Assembly (NCBI GenBank): GCA_963828735.1
Contig: CAWHFW010000002.1
Location: forward strand, 864,001-928,000
Length of the DNA stretch: 64,000 nt
Reading direction: 5' to 3'
From: an uncultured Gemmatimonadales bacterium
Lineage (GTDB): Bacteria > Gemmatimonadota > Gemmatimonadetes > Gemmatimonadales > GWC2-71-9
The notes beneath the pieces were generated by a model. That model worked only from the letters and a program-made list of their open reading frames with translations. It ran no database searches and was not told the origin of the DNA. Position 1 is the first letter of the stretch. The number at the start of each line of letters is the position of its first letter. Shown piece after piece: positions 37,533 through 47,381 of this stretch. A program made the translations under genes and the position numbers.

Positions 37533-39194
37533 ATGCGCATGAGCACGCGTTGGCTTGTGGTCCCGGTGCTCCTCGCTGCTGCCGGTCCGATAGCGGCTCA
37601 AAGCGGCGATTGGACAACGTACGGCGGCAACGACTGGAACCAGCGCTACTCCCCGCTCAAATCGATCACCACCTCGAACGTCGGCCAGATGGTGCCCCGG
37701 ATGATGTTCCAGACGGGCATCTCGAAGCTCGGCTCGTTCGAGAATACGCCGATCGTGACGAACGGGATGATGTACGTGACAACGCCCTATAACACCGCGA
37801 TCGCGTACGACCTCAGGACCAAGAAGGAAGTCTGGCGGTACGAGCACAAGCTGGGCACCACGATCTTCTGCTGCGGTCCGAACAATCGTGGCTTCGCCAT
37901 TCACGGCGGCGCGCACCTCTACATGGGCACCCTGGACGCCCACCTGATCGCGTTCGACGCCAAGGACGGGAAGGTCCTGTGGGACAAGCAGGTCGCCGAT
38001 CCCGCGTTCGGGTACAGCATCACTCACGCCCCGCTCATCATCGGTGACAACGTGATCGTCGGCGTGTCCGGCGGCGAGTACGGCATCCGCGGGTTCGTGC
38101 AGGCCTTCAACGCCATGACGGGCGCCCCGGTTTGGAAGTGGTACTCGATTCCCGCGCCCAAGGGCGATTCGACGTTCGACGACAAGGCGCCCAACGGCTG
38201 GTGGGGCAGCTGGCCGAAAAGCACTCTCGACGGCGCCGACCTCCATCGCGACGTCGCGAAGGAGAAGGCGGACAGCGCGAAGAACGCCGACGCGTGGACC
38301 CGCGGCGGCGGCGGCGTGTGGATGACCCCGGCGTACGATCAGGAGAGCAACACGATCTTCCTCGCCGTCGGCAACCCCTCGCCGGACCTCGACGGCAGCC
38401 TTCGGCCGGGCGACAACCTGTACACCGACTGCGTCGTGGCCATCGATGCCACCTCGGGCAAGACGAAGTGGTATTACCAGACCGTGCCCCACGACGTGTG
38501 GGACCTCGACGCGGTGTCGCCGCCGGTGGTGGCCACTGTGGATGGGCAGAAGGTCGTGGTCCATGCGGGCAAGACGGGCTGGGTGTACATCCTCGACGCC
38601 GCGAGCGGCAAGCTGGTCCGCAAGAGCGACAACTTCGTTCCGCAGGAGAACATGTTCGCGCTGCCGACCCCGGAAGGCACCCGGATGCTTCCCGGCGCCA
38701 ACGGCGGCGCGGAGTGGTCTCCGATCGCAGTCGATCCGACGCTCAACTATGCCTTCGTGGCGGCGCTGCATCAGCCGATGAACTACAAAGTGCACAGCGC
38801 CCCCTACGAGAAGGGCCGTCTCTGGCTCGGCTCCGCCTTCGTGGCGATTCCGGGCGAGGAGCAGTACGGCCTCTTCTCGGCGGTCGATCTCAAGACCGGC
38901 AGGGTCGCGTGGCAGAACAAGGTGCCGCAGCCGATGATGGGCGGCTCACTCTCCACAGCCGGCGGGCTCACGTTCACCGGCGAAGGCAACGGCAACTTCA
39001 ACGCCTACAATTCGAAGACCGGCAAGCTGCTGTGGCAGTTCAATGCCGGCGCCGGCTGCAATTCCGCCCCGATGTCGTTCACGCTGGATAGTGAGCAGTT
39101 CATCGCGGTGGCATGCGGCGGCAACTTCCAGCTCAGCTTCCCGCTCGGGAACTCGATCATGGTCTTCGGCCTTCCGGCCAAGGCCAAGAAGTAG
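37533..39194 (+). CDS. Periplasmic PQQ-dependent dehydrogenase, methanol/ethanol family (type I, no haem domain)
   Basis: Signal peptide, W..YGG, QRYSPL..I, vicinal CCG.NNRG, GGEYGIRG, GGGVW, GNPSP, PHDVWDLD, GGAEW, G.LLWQF. Confidence 0.92.
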   Translation: MRMSTRWLVVPVLLAAAGPIAAQSGDWTTYGGNDWNQRYSPLKSITTSNVGQMVPRMMFQTGISKLGSFENTPIVTNGMMYVTTPYNTAIAYDLRTKKEVWRYEHKLGTTIFCCGPNNRGFAIHGGAHLYMGTLDAHLIAFDAKDGKVLWDKQVADPAFGYSITHAPLIIGDNVIVGVSGGEYGIRGFVQAFNAMTGAPVWKWYSIPAPKGDSTFDDKAPNGWWGSWPKSTLDGADLHRDVAKEKADSAKNADAWTRGGGGVWMTPAYDQESNTIFLAVGNPSPDLDGSLRPGDNLYTDCVVAIDATSGKTKWYYQTVPHDVWDLDAVSPPVVATVDGQKVVVHAGKTGWVYILDAASGKLVRKSDNFVPQENMFALPTPEGTRMLPGANGGAEWSPIAVDPTLNYAFVAALHQPMNYKVHSAPYEKGRLWLGSAFVAIPGEEQYGLFSAVDLKTGRVAWQNKVPQPMMGGSLSTAGGLTFTGEGNGNFNAYNSKTGKLLWQFNAGAGCNSAPMSFTLDSEQFIAVACGGNFQLSFPLGNSIMVFGLPAKAKK

Positions 39195-39205
39195 CAGCCA
39201 GTGAC

Positions 39206-39244
39206 GGCCGGCAGGGGCCCTGCTTCAGGGCCCCTCTGCCGGCC
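39206..39244 (+). terminator. Hairpin after the PQQ dehydrogenase
   Basis: GGCCGGCAGGGGCCCTG-ctt-CAGGGCCCCTCTGCCGGCC, weak U-tract. Confidence 0.6.
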
Positions 39245-39263
39245 GATTCCTTTGGGGCGGATC

Positions 39264-39659
39264 GTGGCGAGTCGGTGGTGGTGGGCGGCTTTCGTGGCCG
39301 GAGGGTTTCTCGCGGGCCGCGCGAGCGCCGGAGGTCCGGACCGCCACTGGAGCGTGCAGGACGGCGAGGACTGGCGAGCCTTGGGCCCCGAGGCTCGGAT
39401 GGCGTACGCGGACGGGTTCCTCGCCGGCGCGGGCCTGGGTCAGGCCGGCTCCACTGCGGCGGATTCCGCGAGCCTGCGGGACGCGATGACGGCGCTCTAC
39501 CGGAACGGACGGTTCCGGTTTCCTTACGGAGCGAACGTGTACGTCGCGCGCGTCAACGACTACTACTGGTGGGAGAATCACCGTCCGCTCCCCATCTGGT
39601 ACGGCTTCTGGGAGGTGAACGCATCGCTCACTGGTCCGACGACTGATTCCGCGCGCTAG
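39264..39659 (+). CDS. Hypothetical secreted helical protein
   Basis: Signal-like N-terminus, DGEDW....R.AYADGF.AG, DYYWWENH; start uncertain. Confidence 0.7.
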   Translation: MASRWWWAAFVAGGFLAGRASAGGPDRHWSVQDGEDWRALGPEARMAYADGFLAGAGLGQAGSTAADSASLRDAMTALYRNGRFRFPYGANVYVARVNDYYWWENHRPLPIWYGFWEVNASLTGPTTDSAR

Positions 39660-39744
39660 CCGCGGTCCCGATTTGCTGGTGCAGGCACGTCCCGAAGGTT
39701 GGCTGTCGTTGGCGGTCAATTCTTACACTGAGGGAGAAGCACCT

Positions 39745-40956
39745 ATGAAGAAAGTCGCTCTGTTGTGCTTGGGTCTGGCGCTCGGCGCGGCCAATGCCGC
39801 GGAAGCCCAGCTCACGATGCAGATGAGCAACGGCTGGAGCTTCACGTTTGCCGGTAACGTGAATGCGTTCTACATCTACCAGCAAGGCAAGTCGTGCGTG
39901 GGGGGAACCTGCGCGACGACTTCCAAGGACCTGAGCGTGGGCACCGGCCTGCTCCCGGCCTTCGCGGTGTTCGATGCGAAGGGCAAGGAGGAGAACGTAG
40001 ATCTCGGCGTGCACTTCGGCTTCGCGCCGCAGGTCGAGACGGGTGGGCACAACGCCAGCTACTTCGGCACTGACGCGGCCGGCGCCCAGATCGACATGCG
40101 CCAGGTCTACCTGACCGCGGGCGGCACCTGGGGCCAACTCTTGATGGGTAAGGAGCTCGGCCTGTACCAGCGTGGCAACATCCTCAACGACATGACGCTG
40201 CTCGGTGTCGGCGTGGGTGGTGGCGGCCGCGGCACGGCGCTCGGGCGTATCGGCTACGGCTACCTGTACACCGACTTCCGTCCGCAGCTGACGTACTCGA
40301 CGCCCGCCGGCCGGCCGCTGTCCATCGCCATCGGTCTCTTCGAGGGACTGCGTGACGGGCCGTACACCACGATCGAGCTGCCGCGCCTTGAGGGCGAATT
40401 GAGCTACAACGGGAAGCTGGGCGAGAGAAACACCCTCAAGCTCTTCCTCAGCGGCGCCGCGCAGACGGCCAAGACCGGCGCCACCGGCACCACCGAAAGC
40501 CTCAGCTCCACCGGCGTCGCCGGTGGTGCGTCGATCGACATCGCGGGGTTCGTGGTCCACGGCTCGGGCTTCTGGGCCAAGGGCATGGGCTCACTGCTCC
40601 AGGGCGACGGCGTCGTGGGTGGCGCCAACTTCGACAACGGCGGCGTTGACGTCGCCGGCGACGGCCGGGAGTCGTTCGGCTACATCGCGCAGGCGGTGTT
40701 CAGCCCGAAGGAAGGCAAGTTCTCGATCGGCGCCAGCTATGGTGAGAACCTCCTGAAGCGTACCGACGCCGACAAGGCCGCCGACGGCACCACCGAGGAT
40801 ATCCTCAAGCGGCGGGCGGCGGTTGGCCAGCTCACCTGGAAGTGGACCAAGTCGCTCCGTTGGGTGGCCGAGTATGCACACATCGAAGGCATTGCCGACG
40901 GTGTGAAGGCCTCCTCGGGCGACCAGGGCTCCCTGGGCATGATGCTGTTCTTCTAA
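39745..40956 (+). CDS. Outer-membrane porin
   Basis: Signal peptide (AEA), amphipathic strands, TGLLPA, IDMRQVY, GRIGYGY, C-terminal Phe. Confidence 0.85.
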   Translation: MKKVALLCLGLALGAANAAEAQLTMQMSNGWSFTFAGNVNAFYIYQQGKSCVGGTCATTSKDLSVGTGLLPAFAVFDAKGKEENVDLGVHFGFAPQVETGGHNASYFGTDAAGAQIDMRQVYLTAGGTWGQLLMGKELGLYQRGNILNDMTLLGVGVGGGGRGTALGRIGYGYLYTDFRPQLTYSTPAGRPLSIAIGLFEGLRDGPYTTIELPRLEGELSYNGKLGERNTLKLFLSGAAQTAKTGATGTTESLSSTGVAGGASIDIAGFVVHGSGFWAKGMGSLLQGDGVVGGANFDNGGVDVAGDGRESFGYIAQAVFSPKEGKFSIGASYGENLLKRTDADKAADGTTEDILKRRAAVGQLTWKWTKSLRWVAEYAHIEGIADGVKASSGDQGSLGMMLFF

Positions 40957-40989
40957 GCCTCGAGTAAGCTCCAGCGTCACGCAGGACAG

Positions 40990-41024
40990 GCGGCCGTTCC
41001 GAAAGGGGCGGCCGCTCTTTCTTT
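40990..41024 (+). terminator. Intrinsic terminator
   Basis: GCGGCCGTTCC-GAAA-GGGGCGGCCGC followed by TCTTTCTTT. Confidence 0.85.
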
Positions 41025-41070
41025 CCCCGCCCAATTACATTCCGGTGAACCTCCAACGGAGTCCCTCACG

Positions 41071-41487
41071 ATGCATTCGTACCCGATCCTCGGCGCCCTC
41101 GTCCTGCTCGGCGCCTGCGGCCCCGGCTCGCTCCCCATCGCGCTCACGGCCTCGCCGTCGGCCAGCCCGCCGGACGCGATGGCGTGTGCGCGGGCGAAGC
41201 TGGATACGCTCGGGTATACCCCGACGTCGTTCAATAAAGACGATCTACTGCTGAACGCCCGCAGGATCGACAACGATGTCCATCGTGCAAACCCCAGATA
41301 CCGCCACAATATCGACCGCGTCGAGGTGCAGGCGACACCCGGCGCTGACGGAAAGACGAGCCTCGCCGTCACCGGGCGCACGTACGCTGAATTCTCGACG
41401 GAGCGCGGCCCGACCGAGGAGGAGGAGTCGGCGTCGAAGGCCGTTCGGGAGACCGCCCAAGCCCTGGTCGACGCCTGCGGGCGTTGA
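41071..41487 (+). CDS. Hypothetical lipoprotein
   Basis: GGAG RBS, lipobox LGAC, two further Cys. Confidence 0.75.
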   Translation: MHSYPILGALVLLGACGPGSLPIALTASPSASPPDAMACARAKLDTLGYTPTSFNKDDLLLNARRIDNDVHRANPRYRHNIDRVEVQATPGADGKTSLAVTGRTYAEFSTERGPTEEEESASKAVRETAQALVDACGR

Positions 41488-41616
41488 CCCCGAACTTCAC
41501 CCCTCCGGTTCAAGCACCTCCGATACGCCACCGGTCGCGCGGCCGGCTGGTGGCCTCTCCTTCCGGAGCCGACTAGCTTTCCAGCGGCCTCCACTCGAAT
41601 CATCCGTCGCAGGAGC

Positions 41617-42600
41617 GTGGTAGTGCCGGTTTCGCTCATACAACTGACGCGCTCGTCGGACGCGGCCGGCGCGGCGGCGCCTCGCAAGCCGGGCTGGCTC
41701 AAGGTGAAGGCGCCCGGCGGTCCCAACTACGTGCACCTGAAGGGCCTGATGCGCGAGCTCGGGCTCCATACCGTGTGCGAAGAGGCCCGTTGTCCCAACA
41801 TCGGCGAATGCTGGGAGCACAAGGCCGCCACGTTCATGATCCTGGGCGACGTCTGCACCCGGAACTGCACCTACTGCGCCGTAGCGCACGGAACCCCGAC
41901 AGCGTTCGATCCGCTCGAGCCGGTACGACTCGCGGAGGCGGTCGAGCGGATGGGGCTGGCCCACGTGGTGATCACTTCGGTCGACCGTGACGACCTGCCG
42001 AATGGCGGCGCTGAAGCGTTCGCCAGCTGCATCACGGAGATCAAGCGCCGCCTGCCCGACACCTCGGTCGAAGTCCTGATCCCCGACTTCAAGGGCTCCG
42101 AGCGGGCGCTTCGGATCGTGATGGACGCCCGGCCCGACATTCTCAATCACAACCTGGAAACGGCGGAACGCCTGTACCGGCTGGCCCGGCCGGGCGGGCG
42201 CTACGACCGCGCCCTGGCCTTGCTGGCCAACGCGCGCCGCATGGACGCCACCGGCCTGACCAAGAGCGGCATCATCCTCGGCATGGGTGAGGAGTGGGAC
42301 GAGGTGCTGGTCTGCATGCGCGACCTGCGCCGCAGCGACGTAAACATCCTCACGCTGGGTCAGTACCTTCGCCCCTCCGGAAGCCATCTGCCCGTCGCGC
42401 GATACTACACCCCCGAAGAATTCGCGGAGCTGCGGGAGCTCGGATTCGCCATGGGATTCGCGCACGTCCAGGCGAGCCCGCTGACCCGCTCGTCGTACCA
42501 CGCGTGGGAGCAGGTCGCGGCCGCGACGGGCGGCGAGGCTGTCGCCCTCGCCGCCTCGGCGGGGGAATCGGCCACCGGATCGTTCGTGGAGGCGCGCTGA
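41617..42600 (+). CDS. lipA: Lipoyl synthase
   Basis: CEEARCPNIGEC, CTRNCTYC, VITSVDRDD, NHNLET, GQYLRP, RSSY; start approximate. Confidence 0.96.
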   Translation: MVVPVSLIQLTRSSDAAGAAAPRKPGWLKVKAPGGPNYVHLKGLMRELGLHTVCEEARCPNIGECWEHKAATFMILGDVCTRNCTYCAVAHGTPTAFDPLEPVRLAEAVERMGLAHVVITSVDRDDLPNGGAEAFASCITEIKRRLPDTSVEVLIPDFKGSERALRIVMDARPDILNHNLETAERLYRLARPGGRYDRALALLANARRMDATGLTKSGIILGMGEEWDEVLVCMRDLRRSDVNILTLGQYLRPSGSHLPVARYYTPEEFAELRELGFAMGFAHVQASPLTRSSYHAWEQVAAATGGEAVALAASAGESATGSFVEAR

Positions 42601-43619
42601 TGGCGGGCACGGCGACACCCCGGACCACCTCCCGGCGGCGCGGTCTCGATCCCGCCCGGGTGGACGAGTACCGCAGCTGGCTCCGGCAGATGGTGCTCAT
42701 CCGCCGTTTCGAGGAAAAGGCCGGCGAGGCCTACAGCCTCGGGAAGATCGGCGGCTTCTGCCATCTGTACATCGGGCAGGAGGCTGTCGCCGTCGGCAGT
42801 CTCGCCGCGCTGCGGACGGACGACTACATCACCTGCTCGTATCGCGAGCACGGACACGCTCTGGCGCGGGGCATCAGCTCACGCGCCGTGATGGCCGAGC
42901 TGTTCGGCAAGGCCGCGGGGTGCAGCGGAGGGAAGGGCGGCTCGATGCACCTGTTCGACGCCTCACTCGGCTTCCTCGGCGGTCACGGCATCGTGGGCGG
43001 CCACATTCCGCTCACGACCGGGATGGCCTTCGCCGCGAAGTACCGCAACACCGATCAGGTCGCTGTCTGCTACTTCGGCGAAGCAGCCGTCAACAACGGC
43101 GCCTTCCACGAAGCGCTCAACATGGCGGCGCTCTGGAAGCTGCCCGCGATCTACATCTGCGAAAACAACCGCTACGGCATGGGCACCGCCCTCGAGCGCG
43201 CCAGCGCCATCTACGACATCTCCGAGCGCGCCTGCTCGTACGACATGGCGAACGAAGTCGTGGATGGCCAGGACGTGCTGGTGATGTACGCCGCGATGGA
43301 GCGCGCGGTGGAGCGGGCCCGCAAGGACAAGCACCCGACGCTGCTCGAGGTCCGCACCTACCGGTTCATGGGCCACTCGATGTCCGATCCGATCCACGGA
43401 CACTACCGGACCCGGGAAGAGGTCGAAGATCAGCGGAAGCGCGATCCGATCGCGGTCTGGTCGCAGCGGCTCGTCGAGGACGGCCTGATGGACCAGGCGG
43501 CGGTGAAGGCGGTTGACGCGTCCGTCATGGAAGAGGTGGACGACGCCTACAAGTTCGCCGAGGAGGCGCCGGATCCGGACGAAGGCGAGCTGTACAGGGA
43601 CGTGTATGCGGGATCGTGA
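42600..43619 (+). CDS. pdhA: Pyruvate dehydrogenase E1 alpha
   Basis: GFCHLYIGQEA, YREH, GKGGSMH, GE.A.N.G...ENN, TYRFMGHSMSDP. Confidence 0.95.
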   Translation: MAGTATPRTTSRRRGLDPARVDEYRSWLRQMVLIRRFEEKAGEAYSLGKIGGFCHLYIGQEAVAVGSLAALRTDDYITCSYREHGHALARGISSRAVMAELFGKAAGCSGGKGGSMHLFDASLGFLGGHGIVGGHIPLTTGMAFAAKYRNTDQVAVCYFGEAAVNNGAFHEALNMAALWKLPAIYICENNRYGMGTALERASAIYDISERACSYDMANEVVDGQDVLVMYAAMERAVERARKDKHPTLLEVRTYRFMGHSMSDPIHGHYRTREEVEDQRKRDPIAVWSQRLVEDGLMDQAAVKAVDASVMEEVDDAYKFAEEAPDPDEGELYRDVYAGS

Positions 43620-43652
43620 GGCTCGGGTGACGAGCCGTCGCCAGGGAGCGCC

Positions 43653-44633
43653 ATGCCAACACTGACGTACCGGGACGCCCTCAACCAGGCGCTTCGCGAG
43701 GAGATGCAGCGCGATGGGGACGTGTTCCTCATGGGCGAGGAAGTCGGGGTCTATCAGGGCGCCTACAAGGTGAGCCGGGGCTTGCTCGACGAATTCGGAC
43801 CGATGCGCGTCGTGGACACGCCCATCACGGAGCTCGGCTTCGCGGGCGTGGGCGTCGGGGCGGCGATGGTCGGCCTCCGCCCCGTCATCGAATTCATGAC
43901 CTGGAACTTCGCTCTCCTCGCCATCGACCAACTGGTGAACTCGGCCGCCAAGATGCGCTACATGTCGGCTGGTCAGGTGGGCGTCCCGGCCGTTTTCCGC
44001 GGACCCGGCGGCGCCGCTCTGCAGCTCGGCGCGCAACATTCCCAGGCGTTCGAGAGCTTTTACGCCCACATCCCCGGGCTCAAGGTCGTCACGCCGGCCA
44101 CGCCTGCCGACGCCAAGGGCCTGCTCAAGAGCGCGATCCGCGATGACAACCCCGTCGTTTTCATCGAGGGCGAGATGCTCTACAACGTGAAAGGCGACGT
44201 ACCGGACGGCGAGCACATCGTGCCGCTCGGCCAGGCGGAAGTGAAGCGCGCCGGCGGGGACGTCACCATCATCTGCCACTCGAAGACGGTGTCGGTCGCC
44301 CTCAAGGCGGCCGAGCAGCTCGCCGGGGAAGAGGTCGAGGCCGAGGTGCTCGACCTGCGCACGATCCGCCCGCTGGACACGGAGGCGGTGCTCAATTCCG
44401 TGGCGAAGACCCATCGCTGCGTCGTCGCCGAGGAAGGGTGGCCCTTCGCGGGGGTGGGCGCGCAGGTGGTGGACACGATCCAGCGGGAGGCGTTCGACGA
44501 GCTCGACGCCCCGGTGCTACGGGTGACCGGCGCCGATGTCCCGATGCCATACAACAAGCACCTCGAGAAGGCCGCGAAGGTCGATCCCGCCAAGGTGATC
44601 GCCGCGGTGCACTCGGTGCTGTACCGCGACTGA
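43653..44633 (+). CDS. pdhB: Pyruvate dehydrogenase E1 beta
   Basis: MGEEVG.YQGAYKV, DTPITE, EFMTWNF, AQHSQ, DLRTIRPLD. Confidence 0.95.
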   Translation: MPTLTYRDALNQALREEMQRDGDVFLMGEEVGVYQGAYKVSRGLLDEFGPMRVVDTPITELGFAGVGVGAAMVGLRPVIEFMTWNFALLAIDQLVNSAAKMRYMSAGQVGVPAVFRGPGGAALQLGAQHSQAFESFYAHIPGLKVVTPATPADAKGLLKSAIRDDNPVVFIEGEMLYNVKGDVPDGEHIVPLGQAEVKRAGGDVTIICHSKTVSVALKAAEQLAGEEVEAEVLDLRTIRPLDTEAVLNSVAKTHRCVVAEEGWPFAGVGAQVVDTIQREAFDELDAPVLRVTGADVPMPYNKHLEKAAKVDPAKVIAAVHSVLYRD

Positions 44634-44636
44634 GCA

Positions 44637-45923
44637 ATGGCTACCAAGGTCGTCATGGAGGCGCTCTCCCCGACGATGGAAGAGGGGCGCCTCGTCGAGT
44701 GGAAGAAGGGTGAGGGCGAGCCCGTCGCCGTCGGCGACGTGCTGGCCGAGGTGGAGACCGACAAGGCGGTCATGGAGCTCGTGGCCCGCGCGGGCGGCAC
44801 ACTGCTCAAGCAGGTCGTGCCCGCCGGGACCACGGTGCCGGTCTCCCAGCTGGTGGCCCTGATCGGCGAGCCCGGCGAATCGGTGGAGAATGGCAAGCCG
44901 GCGGTACCGGAACAGCCCGCCTCGCCGGCGCCCGAGCGAGCCCGGGCAGCCGGTCGCTCTGCCTCGGAGGCTCCGGCGGCCGCCCGCCCAGTCCAGGCGA
45001 CGCCCGCGGTCCCGGCCGCCGTCATGGCACCCACGGGGCACCGGGTCAAGGCGTCCCCCCTCGCGCGCCGAATGGCGGCCGAACGAGGAATCGACCTCGG
45101 CGCCGTCGCGGGGTCCGGACCAGAGGGCCGCATCGTCCTGCGCGACCTGGAGGGAGGCGCGGCACCCGCCCGCGCACCCGCGGGCGCCCCGACGGCGCCG
45201 GCGCCCGCCCCGCGCCCCACCCTCCGTTCCTCGGATGGCGCCGCATACACCGACGTTCCGCTCACGCAGCTTCGCAAGACGATCGCCAAGCGGCTCGTCC
45301 AGTCGATCGGGCCCATTCCGACCTTCTACCTCACGACCGAGGTGGACATGGAGCGGGCCTGGGAGGCACGTGAGGCGCTCAAGGGGATGGGCGACGGGCC
45401 CAAGGTCTCCTTCAACGACATCATCATCAAGGCCGTGGCCACCGCGCTCCGCCAGCACCCGGCCTGCAACGCCTGGTGGCAGGACGATCGGATCCGGTAC
45501 TGGCACGAGGTTCACGTCAGCATGGCGGTTGCGATCGAGGACGGGCTTATCACGCCCGTCATTCGCAACACCGACCTCAAGTCGCTCCGCGAGATCTCGG
45601 CGGAGGCGCACGATCTGGCCGGCCGGGCCCGCGAGCGGCGGCTGGCGCCCGACGAGTATACCGGCGGCACGTTCTCGGTCTCGAACCTCGGCATGCTGGA
45701 CATCGACGAGTTCACGGCCGTCATCAATCCCCCCGAAGCCGGGATCCTTGCCGTCGGACGGATTGTTCAGAAGCCGGTGGCGCACGACGGGCAGCTCGCG
45801 TTGCGCCGGCGGCTCCGGCTCACGATGTCGTGCGATCACCGCGTGATCGACGGCGCGACCGGGGCGCAGTTTCTGAAGACGCTGAAGGCGATGCTGGAAA
45901 ACCCGCTGGCGCTGGTGTGGTAG
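44637..45923 (+). CDS. pdhC: Dihydrolipoamide acetyltransferase E2
   Basis: LSPTMEEG, ETDKA lipoyl site, ASPLARR E3-binding motif, DHRVIDG. Confidence 0.95.
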   Translation: MATKVVMEALSPTMEEGRLVEWKKGEGEPVAVGDVLAEVETDKAVMELVARAGGTLLKQVVPAGTTVPVSQLVALIGEPGESVENGKPAVPEQPASPAPERARAAGRSASEAPAAARPVQATPAVPAAVMAPTGHRVKASPLARRMAAERGIDLGAVAGSGPEGRIVLRDLEGGAAPARAPAGAPTAPAPAPRPTLRSSDGAAYTDVPLTQLRKTIAKRLVQSIGPIPTFYLTTEVDMERAWEAREALKGMGDGPKVSFNDIIIKAVATALRQHPACNAWWQDDRIRYWHEVHVSMAVAIEDGLITPVIRNTDLKSLREISAEAHDLAGRARERRLAPDEYTGGTFSVSNLGMLDIDEFTAVINPPEAGILAVGRIVQKPVAHDGQLALRRRLRLTMSCDHRVIDGATGAQFLKTLKAMLENPLALVW

Positions 45924-45981
45924 TCCCCATGACCGCGAGCGAGCGGCGCCGGCTCGGCACAACTTCCTAACGAGGGCATCT

Positions 45982-47379
45982 GTGGCGACCCAGTTCGACG
46001 TCATCATCATCGGCGGAGGACCCGCCGGCTACGTCTGCGCGATTCGCGCGGCCCAGCTCGGCCTGGCCACCGCGGTCGTCGAGCGAGACAAGCTCGGCGG
46101 CGTGTGCGTCAACATCGGGTGCATCCCGACGAAGGCGCTGCTGCACAGCGCCTACGTGGCGAACCTGGTGGCGCACGGCGCCAAGGAGCTCGGTGTCGAG
46201 GTGAGCGGCGCCAAGACCGACTACGGGGTCGCCATGCGCCGGTCCCGCAAGGTGAGCGAGCAGAACTCGAAGGGCGTCGAGTTCCTGATGAAGAAGCACA
46301 AGGTGACGGTCATCAGGGGGTCGGGTGTCCTCGGGAAAAACCGCACCGTCAAGGTCGGCGCCGACGAGTACCAGGCGCGCAAGGCCGTCGTGATCGCGAC
46401 CGGCTCGCGGGTCAAGGGCATTCCGCAGATCGGCCTGGAGATCAACAAGACGACCGTGATCAGCTCCGACGAGGCGCTGTTCCTGGAGCAGGTCCCGACG
46501 TCGCTCGCGGTGATCGGCGCCGGCGCCGTCGGGTGCGAGTTCGCCGACATCTTCAACGCCTTCGGCTCCAAAGTCACGCTCTTCGAAGCGCTGCCGCGCA
46601 TTCTACCGCTGGAAGACGCCGAGGCCTCGGACGCGCTGGCCAAGAGCTACAAGAAGCGAGGCCTCACGACCGTGGCAGGCGCCAAGGTCACGAAGGCCAC
46701 CGTCGCCGCCGACAAGGTGACCCTCGAGTACGAGGCCGGGGGCAAGAAGGAGACGCTCGAGGTCGAGAAGGTGCTGATGGCGGCCGGCCGCGCGGTGAAC
46801 ACGGAATCCATGGGGTTGCAGGAAGCCGGGGTCCAGCTCGACCAGCGCGGGTTCGTGAAGGTCAACCTCGAGACCCTCGAGACGACGGCCCCCGGCATCT
46901 ACTGCATCGGCGACGTCGCGGGTCCGCCCATGCTCGCGCACAAGGGCAGCCGGGAGGGCGTCGTCGTCGCCGAGCGGATCGCGGGGCAGCATCCGCACGC
47001 CATCCGCTACGACAACGTCCCCAGCGTCACGTACTGCCATCCCGAGGTGGCGAGCATCGGCCTGACGGAAGATCAGGCCAAGGAACGGAAGCTGGACTAC
47101 CAGGTCGGACGCTTCCCCTTCAGCGCCAACGGACGCGCACGGAGCACCAACGAGACCGAAGGGTTCGTGAAGATCATCCGCGACAAGAAGTACGGCGAGA
47201 TCCTGGGGGCGCACATCGTGGGCAGCCACGCGTCGGAGTTGATCCACGAGCTGGCCGTCGCCCGCGAGAACGAGTACACCGTCGAGGAAGTGGATCTCGC
47301 CATCCACGCGCACCCGACCCTCTCGGAGGCGATCGCCGAGGCGGCGCTCGACTCGATGGGCCGGGTCATTCACATCTGA
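45982..47379 (+). CDS. lpdA: Dihydrolipoyl dehydrogenase E3
   Basis: GGGPAGY, GGVCVNIGCIPTK, MLAHK, HAHPTLSE. Confidence 0.96.
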   Translation: MATQFDVIIIGGGPAGYVCAIRAAQLGLATAVVERDKLGGVCVNIGCIPTKALLHSAYVANLVAHGAKELGVEVSGAKTDYGVAMRRSRKVSEQNSKGVEFLMKKHKVTVIRGSGVLGKNRTVKVGADEYQARKAVVIATGSRVKGIPQIGLEINKTTVISSDEALFLEQVPTSLAVIGAGAVGCEFADIFNAFGSKVTLFEALPRILPLEDAEASDALAKSYKKRGLTTVAGAKVTKATVAADKVTLEYEAGGKKETLEVEKVLMAAGRAVNTESMGLQEAGVQLDQRGFVKVNLETLETTAPGIYCIGDVAGPPMLAHKGSREGVVVAERIAGQHPHAIRYDNVPSVTYCHPEVASIGLTEDQAKERKLDYQVGRFPFSANGRARSTNETEGFVKIIRDKKYGEILGAHIVGSHASELIHELAVARENEYTVEEVDLAIHAHPTLSEAIAEAALDSMGRVIHI

Positions 47380-47381
47380 CC

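Noticed and set aside
45929..45970. Mini-ORF MTASERRRLGTTS between pdhC and lpdA
   Set aside because: No RBS and only 13 codons; likely chance.
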